A stretch of DNA of 63,412 bases, the filler included. It is 7 parts of 7 records of this genome, joined end to end, with 100 filler letters (N's around TTAATTAATTAA, not from the genome) between each part and the next. Parts side by side here need not be neighbours in the genome. Positions count along the whole stretch, not along the records: positions 8,310 to 23,611 come from DRR723986_7354; positions 23,712 to 29,573 come from DRR723986_7357; positions 29,674 to 36,657 come from DRR723986_7358; 4 more parts are not named here. The stretch is one strand, 5' to 3'. This document shows, one piece after another, positions 19,411-29,802 of the stretch; position 1 is the first letter of the stretch, and every line of letters begins with the position of its first letter. A program made the position numbers and the translations under genes. The notes under the pieces are model-generated. The model was not told the DNA's origin and made no database searches. It saw only the letters and a list, made by a program, of their open reading frames with translations.

Positions 19411-19730
19411 GCGAAGCGGAGAACAAGCTGGGTGAAAGCCCCGCCTTGAGCGAACTGAAGGCTCTTCGGGCGTCCATCGACAACATTGATGCGGCTCTTG
19501 TTCACATGCTCGCCGAACGGTTCAAGTGCACCCAGAAAGTGGGTGTGCTGAAAGCCACCAACGACCTGCCGCCGGCTGATCCGGCGCGGGAGAAAATTCA
19601 GATCGAACGGCTGCGCCAGCTTGCGGGCGACGCCAATCTCGATCCTGACTTTGCCGAGAAATTCCTGAACTTCATCGTCAAGGAAGTGATCCGGCACCAC
19701 GAAGCCATTGCCGCTGAAGCCGGCAACTGA
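19407..19730 (+). CDS. Monofunctional chorismate mutase (AroQ class)
   Basis: [20 protein letters not shown]...[12 protein letters not shown] overlap with ffh. Confidence 0.92.
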   Translation: MSEAENKLGESPALSELKALRASIDNIDAALVHMLAERFKCTQKVGVLKATNDLPPADPAREKIQIERLRQLAGDANLDPDFAEKFLNFIVKEVIRHHEAIAAEAGN

Positions 19731-19749
19731 ACAAACTGGAGACATAAAA

Positions 19750-20148
19750 ATGGCTACGAAAATTCGCCTGGCACGTGGCGGTTCCAAGAAGCGCCCGTAC
19801 TACCGCATCGTTGTTGCTGACATCCGCTCCCCGCGCGATGGCCGTTTCATCGAAAAGGTCGGTTCCTACGACCCGATGCTGCCGAAGGATTCCGAAAACC
19901 GCGTGACCCTGAACGTCGAGCGTATTCAGCATTGGCTGGACAGCGGCGCAAAGCCGACCGACCGTGTTCACCGTTTCCTGGATGCTGCCGGCCTCTTGAA
20001 GCGTGAGCCGCGCAACAACCCGAAGAAAGCCGAGCTGGGCGCAAAGGCGAAGGAACGCGTTGAAGCCAAGCGTCAGGCTGAAGAAGAAGCAGCAGCTGCT
20101 GCCGCTGAAGCTGCTGCCGCTCCGGCGGAAGAAGCAGCTGCCGAATAA
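19750..20148 (+). CDS. rpsP: 30S ribosomal protein S16
   Basis: [31 protein letters not shown]. Confidence 0.98.
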   Translation: MATKIRLARGGSKKRPYYRIVVADIRSPRDGRFIEKVGSYDPMLPKDSENRVTLNVERIQHWLDSGAKPTDRVHRFLDAAGLLKREPRNNPKKAELGAKAKERVEAKRQAEEEAAAAAAEAAAAPAEEAAAE

Positions 20149-20198
20149 GCAGATGCGCCAAGCCGCACCGGAAGACATTGGCCAGGGAGCCTTTTGAG

Positions 20199-20753
20199 AT
20201 GACGTCCAAGGACGATCAGAAGGTACTGATGGCCAAGATCGGTGCGGCGCATGGCATTCGCGGGGAAGTGCGGGTCAAGCCTTACGGCGATGACCCGCTT
20301 TCCTTTGCCGATTACGGCATTCTGACCACCCGGGACGGCAAACGTTCCTTCGAGGTGGAACGGGCGCGGGTGCAGAAGACGGTGGTGATCACCAAGTTCA
20401 AGGGGATCGCGGACCGCAACCAGGCGGAAGAGCTGAACGGTGTCGATCTCTTTATCGACCGTGACCAGCTGCCCGAACCTGAAGAAGACGAATTCTACTA
20501 TTCCGACCTGACCGGCCTCGATGTGCTCGACCAGACTGGCGAGACACTCGGGAAGATCATTGCGGTGCAGGATTTCGGAGCCGGCGATCTGCTGGAAGTC
20601 CGGCCAAAACGCGGCCGCAGCTTCTATATTCCGTTCACGAAGGAATTCGTGCCCGAGATCGATCTGGAGAACGGCCGGGTCAGCGCTTCACTGCCGGAGG
20701 ATTACTTCTCCGAAGGAGCTCCTGAGCCTTCGGAAGACGAGCCGGACAGGTAA
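20199..20753 (+). CDS. rimM: Ribosome maturation factor RimM
   Basis: GAAHGIRGEV, EFYYSDL, DFGAGDLLEV, IPF. Confidence 0.96.
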   Translation: MTSKDDQKVLMAKIGAAHGIRGEVRVKPYGDDPLSFADYGILTTRDGKRSFEVERARVQKTVVITKFKGIADRNQAEELNGVDLFIDRDQLPEPEEDEFYYSDLTGLDVLDQTGETLGKIIAVQDFGAGDLLEVRPKRGRSFYIPFTKEFVPEIDLENGRVSASLPEDYFSEGAPEPSEDEPDR

Positions 20754-21235
20754 CGCGTTGGCACGGGCTGCAAGCCCATCTTGCGTAGGTTGAGCTCTTC
20801 GCGCTCCTCCGCGGGAACGTCCTGGCGGACAGCCTGCCGAACCTCGGAACGCTTCAGCGCAATCAGTGCGACGACCAGTGCAACCCCAATCCCGTTGGCG
20901 AAGGCATCCTGCAACGACATTTCGTGGTGGGGAATAAAGCCTTGCACCACTTCACCCGCGAGACCCATGCCGAAGGCGACGACGGCGGAAATGCGCAGCC
21001 GGCAGCAGAACAGCGCATGGATCGACAGGGTCAGAAGTGCGAAAAAGCCGATATGGATGACCTTGTCATAGGGGTGGCCGACGCCGGTGTTGAACACAAG
21101 GCCGGCCAGCACGCCGAAGGTCATCAAGGCGAACAGGGGCAGCACGCGGCTCAGGGAAATGTCGAGATAGTGGCGGTCGACATGCACCTGAATGAAACGG
21201 GGAAGCTTGAAACGCAGGACTGGAAATTTTGCCAC
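20702..21235 (-). CDS. VanZ-like membrane protein (start uncertain)
   Basis: DKVIHIGFFALL...EVVQGFIP...DAFANGIG VanZ pattern; 3' end overlaps rimM by 52 nt. Confidence 0.8.
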   Translation of the reverse strand: MAKFPVLRFKLPRFIQVHVDRHYLDISLSRVLPLFALMTFGVLAGLVFNTGVGHPYDKVIHIGFFALLTLSIHALFCCRLRISAVVAFGMGLAGEVVQGFIPHHEMSLQDAFANGIGVALVVALIALKRSEVRQAVRQDVPAEEREELNLRKMGLQPVPTRYLSGSSSEGSGAPSEK

Positions 21236-21343
21236 GGCAATAAACCCGATTGAAACGCTCTTGCCACTTTATACTGCGAGCCTTAATCAGAGCTTTCTTT
21301 CCGGCGGCTACCCTGCAGAATTCGACAGGTTTTTAGGAAAGCG

Positions 21344-21360
21344 GTAAACGGCTCGTTAAC
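21344..21360 (-). promoter_or_regulatory. CtrA-like site TTAA-N7-TTTAC
   Basis: Minus strand GTTAACGAGCCGTTTAC, one mismatch to TTAA-N7-TTAA. Confidence 0.45.
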
Positions 21361-21416
21361 CAATGAGCGGGTTTGGACCCGGGCATACCGGCCAATCAGC
21401 AGAACTGACAGGCGTA

Positions 21417-22127
21417 ATGACGTTCAAGGCAACCATTCTGACGCTCTACCCGGACATGTTTCCAGGGCCCCTGGGCCACAGCCTTTCGGGCCGGGCGCTG
21501 GACAAGGGGCTTTGGCAGTTGGAAACCAGCCAGATCCGCGACTTCGCGACGGACAAGCACCGCTCTGTTGACGACACACCGGCCGGTGGCGGTGCCGGTA
21601 TGGTGCTCAGGGCCGATATCCTGGCCAGGGCCATTGATGCGGCGGCCCCCGCTGATGACCCGCGCCCGCGGCTCCTGATGAGCCCGCGCGGGACGCCCTT
21701 TACCCAGGACCGTGCGCATGAACTTGCCGAAGGCCCTGGCGCAGTCATCGTCTGCGGCCGGTTCGAAGGGGTCGACCAGCGGGTGATCGACGCGCGCGGT
21801 CTGGAGGAAGTCTCCGTCGGCGACTACATCCTGTCCGGCGGCGAAATCGGCGCGCTGACCATGCTGGACGCTGTTGTCCGGCTCATCCCTGGCGTCATGG
21901 GCAACATGGACAGTGCGGAAACCGAAAGCTTCGAAGGTGGCCTGCTGGAACACCCGCAATACACGCGGCCGGCCGAGTTCGAAGGCCTGACCATTCCCGA
22001 GGTTCTGACCTCGGGCAATCACCGGAAGATCCACGAGTGGCGCATGGCCGAAGCCGAGCGCCTGACACGCGAGCGGCGGCCGGATCTCTGGGATGCCTAT
22101 ATGGCGGATGAAGACGACGTGGATTGA
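21417..22127 (+). CDS. trmD: tRNA (guanine37-N1)-methyltransferase
   Basis: [44 protein letters not shown]. Confidence 0.97.
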   Translation: MTFKATILTLYPDMFPGPLGHSLSGRALDKGLWQLETSQIRDFATDKHRSVDDTPAGGGAGMVLRADILARAIDAAAPADDPRPRLLMSPRGTPFTQDRAHELAEGPGAVIVCGRFEGVDQRVIDARGLEEVSVGDYILSGGEIGALTMLDAVVRLIPGVMGNMDSAETESFEGGLLEHPQYTRPAEFEGLTIPEVLTSGNHRKIHEWRMAEAERLTRERRPDLWDAYMADEDDVD

Positions 22128-22350
22128 AGAATCCGCATGACAGTGGCGCAAATTTCCTGTATACGCGCGCCGAAGCTGGGTGAAGTTGTGTCTTTTCCTT
22201 GGAAAGACCTGCGTCCTGAACCGGACCAAAAGGACTGGAAAATCAGGAAAGTCCAGCCGACAAGCAACATGGCCCAAAGTCGGTGAACCCGTTTCCGGCC
22301 AAAACCGGAAAACGCTCTGACCGCTTTGTAATTCAAAAGGGAAATATGCC

Positions 22351-22821
22351 ATGAACATCATCGAGCAGCTCAATGCTGAGGAAATGGCGAAAATCGAAGA
22401 GCAGCGCAAGCTGCCGGAATTTTCTCCTGGTGACACCGTTCGCGTCAACGTGAAGGTCACCGAAGGTACGCGTACCCGTACCCAGGCTTACGAAGGCGTC
22501 TGCATCGCCCGTTCCGGCGGCGGCATCAACGAGAGCTTCACGGTTCGCAAGATTTCTTACGGCGAAGGCGTCGAGCGCGTTTTCCCGGTCTACTCCCCGA
22601 TGCTGGAAGGCGTTGAAGTGGTTCGCCGCGGTAAGGTCCGTCGCGCGAAGCTCTACTACCTGCGCGACCGTCGCGGCAAGTCTGCCCGTATCGTCGAAAA
22701 CACCAATGCTCGTTCCAAGCGCCTCAACGAAGAAGTGCGTGCGGAAGTGGCTGCTGCCAAGGCAGCTGCTGCAGAAGCCAAGGCCGCTGCCAAGGAAGCT
22801 GCAGAGAACGCAGCCGAATAA
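22351..22821 (+). CDS. rplS: 50S ribosomal protein L19
   Basis: [33 protein letters not shown]. Confidence 0.98.
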   Translation: MNIIEQLNAEEMAKIEEQRKLPEFSPGDTVRVNVKVTEGTRTRTQAYEGVCIARSGGGINESFTVRKISYGEGVERVFPVYSPMLEGVEVVRRGKVRRAKLYYLRDRRGKSARIVENTNARSKRLNEEVRAEVAAAKAAAAEAKAAAKEAAENAAE

Positions 22822-22843
22822 GCCGGCCCGGCAAAACGTTTCG

Positions 22844-22872
22844 AAAAGGCGGTCCTTCGGGCCGCCTTTTTT
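22844..22872 (+). terminator. Rho-independent terminator after rplS
   Basis: AAAAGGCGGTCC-TTCG-GGCCGCCTTTTTT. Confidence 0.9.
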
Positions 22873-23125
22873 GCATTTGCGCCAAACCCTGGCGCAGTCC
22901 GATGCAAATCCGGGGTTTTGCGCCCCGTTCCTCCTGCGCCGGTCAATCTGAGTTGAATTCAGCTCAACTCGGAACGCTTGACCTTCAGGCGGCGCTGCGT
23001 CATTCACTAGCTACGATAAACGAGGATAGACCCTTGCGGCTGGACGCGCCGCGACGGGCATCACCGGGCATTTCGCAAACTTTAGACCGTTTGACCGTTT
23101 GCTCGGATGGACCGAGGAGAGACCC

Positions 23126-23611
23126 ATGGCCAAGGCACGGACGCTTTACGACAAGATCTGGGACGACCACGTGGTCGACATGCAGCCGGACGGAACCGGT
23201 CTGCTCTACATCGATCGCCACCTGGTGCATGAAGTTACCAGCCCGCAGGCATTCGAAGGCCTGCGCATGGCCGGCCGCCAGGTGCGCCAGCCGGAGAAGA
23301 CGCTTGCCGTGGTCGACCACAACGTTCCGACCACCGACCGCCGTCACGGCATCGATGATCCGGAATCGGCCCTGCAGGTCGACACGCTGGCCAAGAATGC
23401 TGCCGAATTCGGCATCGAATATTATTCCGAACTCGACATGCGTCAGGGCGTCGTTCACATCGTGGGTCCCGAGCAAGGCTTCACCCTGCCCGGCATGACC
23501 ATTGTGTGCGGCGACAGCCACACCTCCACCCATGGCGCTTTCGGCTCCCTCGCCCATGGCATCGGCACGTCCGAAGTGGAACACGTTCTGGCCACGCAGA
23601 CGCTGATCCAG
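23126..23611 (+). CDS. leuC: 3-isopropylmalate dehydratase large subunit, N-terminal fragment
   Basis: [32 protein letters not shown]. Confidence 0.97.
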
Positions 23612-23711
23612 NNNNNNNNNNNNNNNNNNNNNNNNNNNNNNNNNNNNNNNNNNNNTTAATTAATTAANNNNNNNNNNNNNNNNNNNNNNNNNNNNNNNNN
23701 NNNNNNNNNNN
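23612..23711. other. Artificial contig linker
   Basis: N-run + TTAATTAATTAA + N-run. Confidence 0.97.
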
Positions 23712-23890
23712 CACCCCGGGCGAGCATCGCGAGACCCGGGGTGACCTCCAGAGGAAGAGAAAAGAGAACGGCAAGGGCTTCTTCACCGGCTCAGCAAAAA
23801 ATCGTCCTTTCCCGCGTTCCGCGCACACGGACTTGCCAATTCATGGCCAAATAAGTGTATCAATGCACACCGTGTTGCTGGGAGGGATTC

Positions 23891-24535
23891 GTGGCGAAAG
23901 ATATTGTTTTATATGACTACTGGCGGTCCTCGGCGAGCTATCGCGTGCGCATTGCGCTCAATCTGCTGAAGCTCGATGTTGACTACCGGCCGGTGAACCT
24001 TCTGACCCGCGCCCATCTGGAAGATGACTATCTCGCTCTCAACCCTCAGGGCCTGTTGCCTGCGCTGATCGTTGACGGCAAGACGCTGACCCAGTCGCTG
24101 GCCATCATCGAATATCTGCATGCGACCACACCCGGTTCGACCTTGATGCCCGACGATGTCGACGGCCAGTACCGGGTGCGTCAGCTCTCCTATGCCATTG
24201 CCATGGAAATCCACCCGGTCTGCAATCTCGGGATTGTTGGTCATGTGGCGGAGCTGACCGGCGGTGGCGATGATGCCAAGAAAGCCTGGATGCAGCGCTT
24301 TATCGGCAAGGGCCTTGCCGCCTTCGAGAACCTACTGGATGACAACGGTCCGTTCTGCCACGGCGAAACGCCGAGCATGGCCGACTGCTGCCTGATGCCT
24401 CAGCTCTATAACGCCAATCGCTGGGGTGTGGATGTTTCCGGATTTCCGAAAATTCTGCGTGCTGCTGCTGCCGCCGAAGCGCTCGACGCGTTCAAGGACG
24501 CTCATCCGGATGCCATCGGCGCGCCGCCCGCCTGA
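23891..24535 (+). CDS. maiA: Maleylacetoacetate isomerase (zeta-class GST)
   Basis: GGAGGG RBS and GTG start; YWRSSASYRVRIALNL, NPQGLLP, QSLAIIEY, IHPVCN. Confidence 0.92.
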   Translation: MAKDIVLYDYWRSSASYRVRIALNLLKLDVDYRPVNLLTRAHLEDDYLALNPQGLLPALIVDGKTLTQSLAIIEYLHATTPGSTLMPDDVDGQYRVRQLSYAIAMEIHPVCNLGIVGHVAELTGGGDDAKKAWMQRFIGKGLAAFENLLDDNGPFCHGETPSMADCCLMPQLYNANRWGVDVSGFPKILRAAAAAEALDAFKDAHPDAIGAPPA

Positions 24536-24542
24536 TAAAAGG

Positions 24543-25619
24543 CTAATTATTGCGGCGTTCAGCCTGGTTGCGGGCCTGTCTGTTTTCTCCCGGTGTGCTG
24601 CCGCTCCTGCCCGGTGAATCGCTGCTCTGGCCGGGTGCGTTTGCACTGTTTCCGCGAGAGCCGCCGGAAAATCTTTCTCCCGCATTGCCGACAGCATTGC
24701 CGTTGCCCGGATTGTTGGGAACGCCAGCGCTCGCAGGCGCACCGCCAGATTGTGCCGCCGGTTCTGGCGAACTGGAGACGGAATTGCTCGGCTCTGAGCT
24801 ATTCGAACCTGGGCTGTTCGGCTCGGGGCTGTTTCGCTCGGGGCTCCTCCGCTCGGGGCTGTTCAGGTTCGCGGTTGGTTGTCGCGGACTGAAGAGGGCG
24901 CGGAAAATGTTCCTGGGTTGCTGCTCGGGAATCCGATCGGGTGCCAGTCTTGCATTTTTCACGGTGCATCCAGATCCGCGCTGCCTGAACTGTCTGTTCA
25001 GGTTCGACTCATTTACGAGTAGCGGAAAGAGTGACTTCGACCGATTTCTGAGTGCATCCGAATTCAGCCGATCCTGTTTCACCCCGCGCCGACCGATAAG
25101 GACATAGTCACACCGGTTTCGGACCAATTGACAGCGCCCGCTCCTGTCGCACGCGTTGATCGCACCGCGCAACAGGGCGACGTTGGTTCCCTGAGGCGTG
25201 ATTGTCACATCGAAAGCCGTGCCCCGCACGCCGATCGTGCCATTCGGCGTCCGGATGCTGTAAGCGGAAGACTTGCTTCGCCCGCTGATGAAGCGGAAGG
25301 CGCCGCGCGTTGCACTAACAGTAAGCTTGCTAACAGTCTGACCCGTGATCACGAAGTCATCGATCTTCACATCCGCATTGGGGCCGACAACAATCTTGGT
25401 GCCGTCGATCAGCCGGATCTGTGCGTTTCCGCTGGAATTGGCACGCAACCGGTCGTCCCTGAAAATGGATGTGTTTGATGCCAAGATGCGGGGGTCACCT
25501 CCCCCCGTCGCTTTGACGGTCTTTCTTGCATCAACAGTTATGCCAACCTTGTCGGCCAAGGACACCGACGAATAAAAGATGGATAACGATAAAACTATTA
25601 AAACCGGGGCAAACCTCAT
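24543..25619 (-). CDS. Secreted FecR-domain protein with Ser/Pro/Asn/Gly-rich C-terminal tail
   Basis: Signal peptide; DGTKIVVGPN, GAFRFISG, TPNGTIGVRGTAF. Confidence 0.88.
   Translation of the reverse strand: MRFAPVLIVLSLSIFYSSVSLADKVGITVDARKTVKATGGGDPRILASNTSIFRDDRLRANSSGNAQIRLIDGTKIVVGPNADVKIDDFVITGQTVSKLTVSATRGAFRFISGRSKSSAYSIRTPNGTIGVRGTAFDVTITPQGTNVALLRGAINACDRSGRCQLVRNRCDYVLIGRRGVKQDRLNSDALRNRSKSLFPLLVNESNLNRQFRQRGSGCTVKNARLAPDRIPEQQPRNIFRALFSPRQPTANLNSPERRSPERNSPEPNSPGSNSSEPSNSVSSSPEPAAQSGGAPASAGVPNNPGNGNAVGNAGERFSGGSRGNSANAPGQSSDSPGRSGSTPGENRQARNQAERRNN
24783..24864 (-). repeat. Degenerate 15-nt tandem repeat (about 5 units) in the FecR gene
   Basis: Encodes SPERR/SPERN/SPEPN/SPGSN/SSEPSN. 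Confidence 0.75.
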
Positions 25620-25813
25620 AGCTCCCACTCCGGCCCGACCGATGGGATTTTACCACATCCTTAACCAATTAACGAATCGTTTCCGTTTCTTGACCCAAAC
25701 ACTGTTCTTTTTGTCAAGGTCTATTTTTCTCAGAAACGCGTATTCTAACGTAGAGTGGGCACCGGACATGGGAACGGTGTCGCGGCTCCCGAACAGCACT
25801 GTCGGTCAGGGGC

Positions 25814-28039
25814 ATGCCGGTGGGAAAGACGCTTTTCAACTTGCTACGCAACAGGCACGTTTTCGTCCTGGGTCTGACGCTGATCCTCCTTTTCGGCGCC
25901 CGTGAACTACGCCTGTCCGATCCCCCGTTCATAGCGTCCCTGCGCTGGATCACTTTCGACACCTATCAGCGTTTCAAACCGAGGGAGGCTTTGGGGCAAC
26001 CGATCCGGATCATCGACATCGACGAGAAGTCGATAGCGCAGCTAGGCCAATGGCCTTGGCCGCGTACGCAGATTGCCAAACTTCTGGAGCGTATCCAGAA
26101 CCTGGGAGCTGCCTGCGCCGCCTTCGACATGGTGTTTTCCGAGCCCGACCGGACAGGACCGGCGGGGTTCTTGCGGGAGCTGGAAGAACGCGGTTGGCCC
26201 GGCCGCGACGAGATCAAGCCACTGCTCTCGGGTATACCCGACAATGATGCTGTTTTCGTTCAGTCAATGGCCGGGCTGCCGACGATCCTCGGGTTTTTTA
26301 ACGAACCGAGATCGGTAATGGGACTGCCCGATGCCAAGGCTGCCTACGTCGTCCTCGGGGAAGATCCGACACCGCTCCTCGACCCGATCAGAGGCAGCGT
26401 GATGAGCCTGCCGCCCTATCAGGCTGTCGCGGAGGGAAGTGGTACGATTTCCCTTGGGCAGGCGGATTCCGACGGGGTGGTGCGCCAGGTTCCAATGTTC
26501 ATCGCCGGCACGAACGGTGAAATATATCCGGCCCTGGCACTTGAGACGCTTCGTGTCGCACTTGGCGACAAAACCTTTGTTCTCAAAACTTCGGAAGCGA
26601 GCGGCGAGTTCAGTGCAGGAACATTCGCCATGACTGAATTCAAGGTTGGAGAGTTCCAGGTTCCGGTGACGGCCAATGGCCATCTGCTGATCTATTATTC
26701 GCGCAATGACCCGTCTCTCTATCTTTCTGCGCGGGATCTTCTGAACCTGTCGGACGAGGAGCTGGCCCCGCTGATCGAGGGCCACATCATCCTCTTCGGA
26801 TCGTCGGCTGCCGGATTGCGAGACATCAGGCTCACGGCTCTCGGCGAGAGCGTTCCGGGTGTTTTCATGCATCATCAGATCATTGATCAGATCCTGTCGA
26901 ATACGTTTCTCAACCGTCCCGACTGGGCGACCGGAGCCGAAATCGCGGCGTTGTTCATCGTGACACTCATCATCGGTGCCATATTGCCGTCAACGGGCGC
27001 GATCCCGTCGGCTGCCGTTGGCGCTGTCTTGAGCGCGGCAGTTAGCGGCGGAAGTTGGTTTGCCTTTTCCAGCTATGGCCTCCTTCTGGATCCGGTCTTC
27101 CCCATGCTGGTTTCAGGGCTTATTTTCCTCCTGACCACAATCTTGATGTTTGCCTTCGCGGAGCGGGAAAAGCGGTTTGTCCGGAGGGCGTTCCAGCGCT
27201 ATCTCGCACCGGATTTACTCAGAAAGCTGGAGGAGCAGCCTCACACGCTGCGTCTTGGAGGCGAAATCCGCGACATGACGATGATGTTCATGGACGTGAG
27301 GGGGTTTACGCCGATATCCGAGAAGCTGCCTCCCGAAGACGTGGTCGCATTCCTGAACCGTCTGCTGTCTCCACTATCGGAATGCATCCAGAAACGGGAA
27401 GGCGCAATCGACAAATATATTGGCGATTCAATCATGGCGTTCTGGAACGCACCGCTTGACGTTGCCGATCATCCGGTCAAGGCCGCCCATGCTGCGCTGG
27501 ACATGATAAAAATCGTCAAGGAACTCAACGACCGGGATGCCTTCGGCTTCAAGTCCGGACCCCATAAATTGGGCGACATCCGCATTGGCATCGGCCTGAA
27601 CAGCGGACCTGGTTGCGTTGGCAACATGGGCTCGAGTTCGCGGTTCAACTACTCGGTCATCGGTGACGCCGTCAACGTTGCTTCCAGAGTCGAGACAGCC
27701 TGCAAGCAGGTAGGCTGGCCTATTTTGCTGACGCAGACAACTGCCACCGCGTGCAAGGCCATGGCACTTCTGGAAGCAGGGTCGATTACACTCAAAGGCA
27801 AGGCTCAGCCGGCAACCCTCTACGCGCTTGTCGGCGACGAGACACTTGCCCGAACGAAAGAGTGGCAGGCTTTGGCAAGACTGCACAGGGAACTTATCGA
27901 AGAACGCACGCGCGTCGCCAGTCGCGCAGAGATTGAACGCCTTGTGAACGCCTGCCTCGCGGTGGCTCCGGTCGACTTGAGCGCCTTCTACGACAGTTTC
28001 ATGCCGTCGCCCATCATCGAGGAACTTGCCGGTGAGTAA
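25814..28039 (+). CDS. CHASE2-domain class III adenylate/guanylate cyclase
   Basis: CHASE2 IIDIDEKS...GQWPWPR...DSDGVVR; three TMs; FMDVRGFT, DKYIGD, GDAVNVASRVE. Confidence 0.95.
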   Translation: MPVGKTLFNLLRNRHVFVLGLTLILLFGARELRLSDPPFIASLRWITFDTYQRFKPREALGQPIRIIDIDEKSIAQLGQWPWPRTQIAKLLERIQNLGAACAAFDMVFSEPDRTGPAGFLRELEERGWPGRDEIKPLLSGIPDNDAVFVQSMAGLPTILGFFNEPRSVMGLPDAKAAYVVLGEDPTPLLDPIRGSVMSLPPYQAVAEGSGTISLGQADSDGVVRQVPMFIAGTNGEIYPALALETLRVALGDKTFVLKTSEASGEFSAGTFAMTEFKVGEFQVPVTANGHLLIYYSRNDPSLYLSARDLLNLSDEELAPLIEGHIILFGSSAAGLRDIRLTALGESVPGVFMHHQIIDQILSNTFLNRPDWATGAEIAALFIVTLIIGAILPSTGAIPSAAVGAVLSAAVSGGSWFAFSSYGLLLDPVFPMLVSGLIFLLTTILMFAFAEREKRFVRRAFQRYLAPDLLRKLEEQPHTLRLGGEIRDMTMMFMDVRGFTPISEKLPPEDVVAFLNRLLSPLSECIQKREGAIDKYIGDSIMAFWNAPLDVADHPVKAAHAALDMIKIVKELNDRDAFGFKSGPHKLGDIRIGIGLNSGPGCVGNMGSSSRFNYSVIGDAVNVASRVETACKQVGWPILLTQTTATACKAMALLEAGSITLKGKAQPATLYALVGDETLARTKEWQALARLHRELIEERTRVASRAEIERLVNACLAVAPVDLSAFYDSFMPSPIIEELAGE

Positions 28040-28111
28040 TGCCTGCAGTGCATTCTCGCAGGATGCATGCGAGGTAAAGCGCCGCCAGCCCCACGCTTGG
28101 TTCCGGCGGCT

Positions 28112-29573
28112 TCAGGCAACCGCGACCAGATGCCGGTCGCCGACATCATGGTAACGGACCCGCTCGACCGATTGCCCAAGCGGCAGCACCGGTGAGGGGA
28201 TTTCGCCCGTCGGCACATCGAAAACGGTGCGCCGGCGCTTGGGATCAGGGATCGGCACGGCCTTCAACAGTCGCTTGGTATAGTCGTGCTGCGGGTTTTC
28301 GAACACCTGACGGCGTGTTCCCATCTCCACGATCTGGCCGAGATACATGACCGCGATCCGGTGCGAGACCTGCTCGACAACCGCCATGTCGTGGGAAATG
28401 AACAGGTACGAGAGGCCGAGATCCTCCTGCAGTTCCTGCAGAAGATCCAGAACACGGGCCTGCACCGAAACATCGAGCGCCGAAACGCTTTCATCCGCGA
28501 CAATGACCTTGGGCGAAAGCGCCAGTGCGCGGGCAATACAGATGCGCTGGCGCTGGCCACCGGAGAATTCGTGGGGATGCCGGGTGATCACATCAGCCGG
28601 AAGGCCGACCCGGTCGAACAGCGATGCCACCTTGTCCTTCAGGTCCTTGCCCCGCGCCAGACCGTGGATCACCAGTGGTTCGCCGACGATTTCGCCGACG
28701 GTCATGCGTGGGTCGAGGGAGGCATAGGGATCCTGAAAGATCATCTGCATGTCGCGCCTGCGGCGCTGCTGTTCCTGTGCGCTGCCGATGCCGACATGCT
28801 GGCCGGCGACCCGGATGCTCCCTTCCCAGGGCACCAGGTTCATGAGCGCCTTGCCGATGGTGGACTTACCGCAGCCGCTTTCTCCGACGAGGCCAAGGGT
28901 TTCCCCGGGTGCCAGCGTGAAAGAAACGCCTTCGACCGCATGAACACGGGATGTCACCCGATTGAGCAGGCCGCCATGCAGGTCGAAGCGGACGACAAGG
29001 TCTTCCACCTCGAGGACCGGTGCTTCGGGCTGGTCCTTTTTCCGGGCCGCACTGTCGACACCGGTCATGGCGCCAAGCTTTGGTACGGCCTCCAGAAGGT
29101 GCCGTGTGTAACTGTCCGCCGGACGTTCGAACACGTCTGACGCCGTGCCGCTTTCCACGATGTTGCCGTGGTTCATGACGATCACCCGGTCGGCCATTTC
29201 GGCAACGACACCCATGTCGTGGGTGATCATGATCACCGCCGTGCCGAAATCGCGCTGCAAGTCGCGGATCAGCTGCAGGATCTGTGCCTGGATCGTCACG
29301 TCGAGCGCCGTCGTCGGCTCATCGGCAATCAGCACCTTCGGATTGCAGGCCAGCGCCATGGCGATCATCACCCGCTGGCGCATGCCGCCGGAAAGCTCGT
29401 GCGGATATTGTTTCAGCCGCCGTGCCGGCTCCGACAGACGCACCGATTCCAGCATCGCCAGTGCGCGCTTGTTGGCTTCACTACCCGAGACATCCTGATG
29501 CGCCAGGATCGCCTCACGCAACTGGCGACCAACCGTCAGCACGGGATTGAGCGAGGTCATCGGCTCCTGGAAG
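28112..29573 (-). CDS. Fused DppD/F-type peptide ABC ATPase (N-terminus cut by contig end)
   Basis: [12 protein letters not shown]; second domain [20 protein letters not shown]. Confidence 0.93.
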
Positions 29574-29673
29574 NNNNNNNNNNNNNNNNNNNNNNNNNNN
29601 NNNNNNNNNNNNNNNNNTTAATTAATTAANNNNNNNNNNNNNNNNNNNNNNNNNNNNNNNNNNNNNNNNNNNN
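29574..29673. other. Artificial contig linker
   Basis: N-run + TTAATTAATTAA + N-run. Confidence 0.97.
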
Positions 29674-29802
29674 TGGCAATCGGCCTATGCCGAATATGAA
29701 TTCGTCGACACGCTCTGGCCCGACTTCTCGGCCGAGGAATTCGGTCGGCTGGTGGGCGCCTACGGCAAGCGCGACCGGCGTTACGGCGCGGTGAGCGTAT
29801 GA
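29674..29802 (+). CDS. uppS: Undecaprenyl diphosphate synthase, C-terminal fragment
   Basis: Manual translation WQSAYAEYEFVDTLWPDF...RDRRYG; ATGA overlap with cdsA. Confidence 0.92.
   Translation, partial: WQSAYAEYEFVDTLWPDFSAEEFGRLVGAYGKRDRRYGAVSV

Noticed and set aside
22960-23125. Leucine attenuator upstream of leuC
   Set aside because: No short Leu-rich leader peptide with a terminator could be identified
25661-25673. CtrA site in the FecR/cyclase spacer (TTAACCAATTAAC)
   Set aside because: Half-sites are 4 nt apart rather than 7
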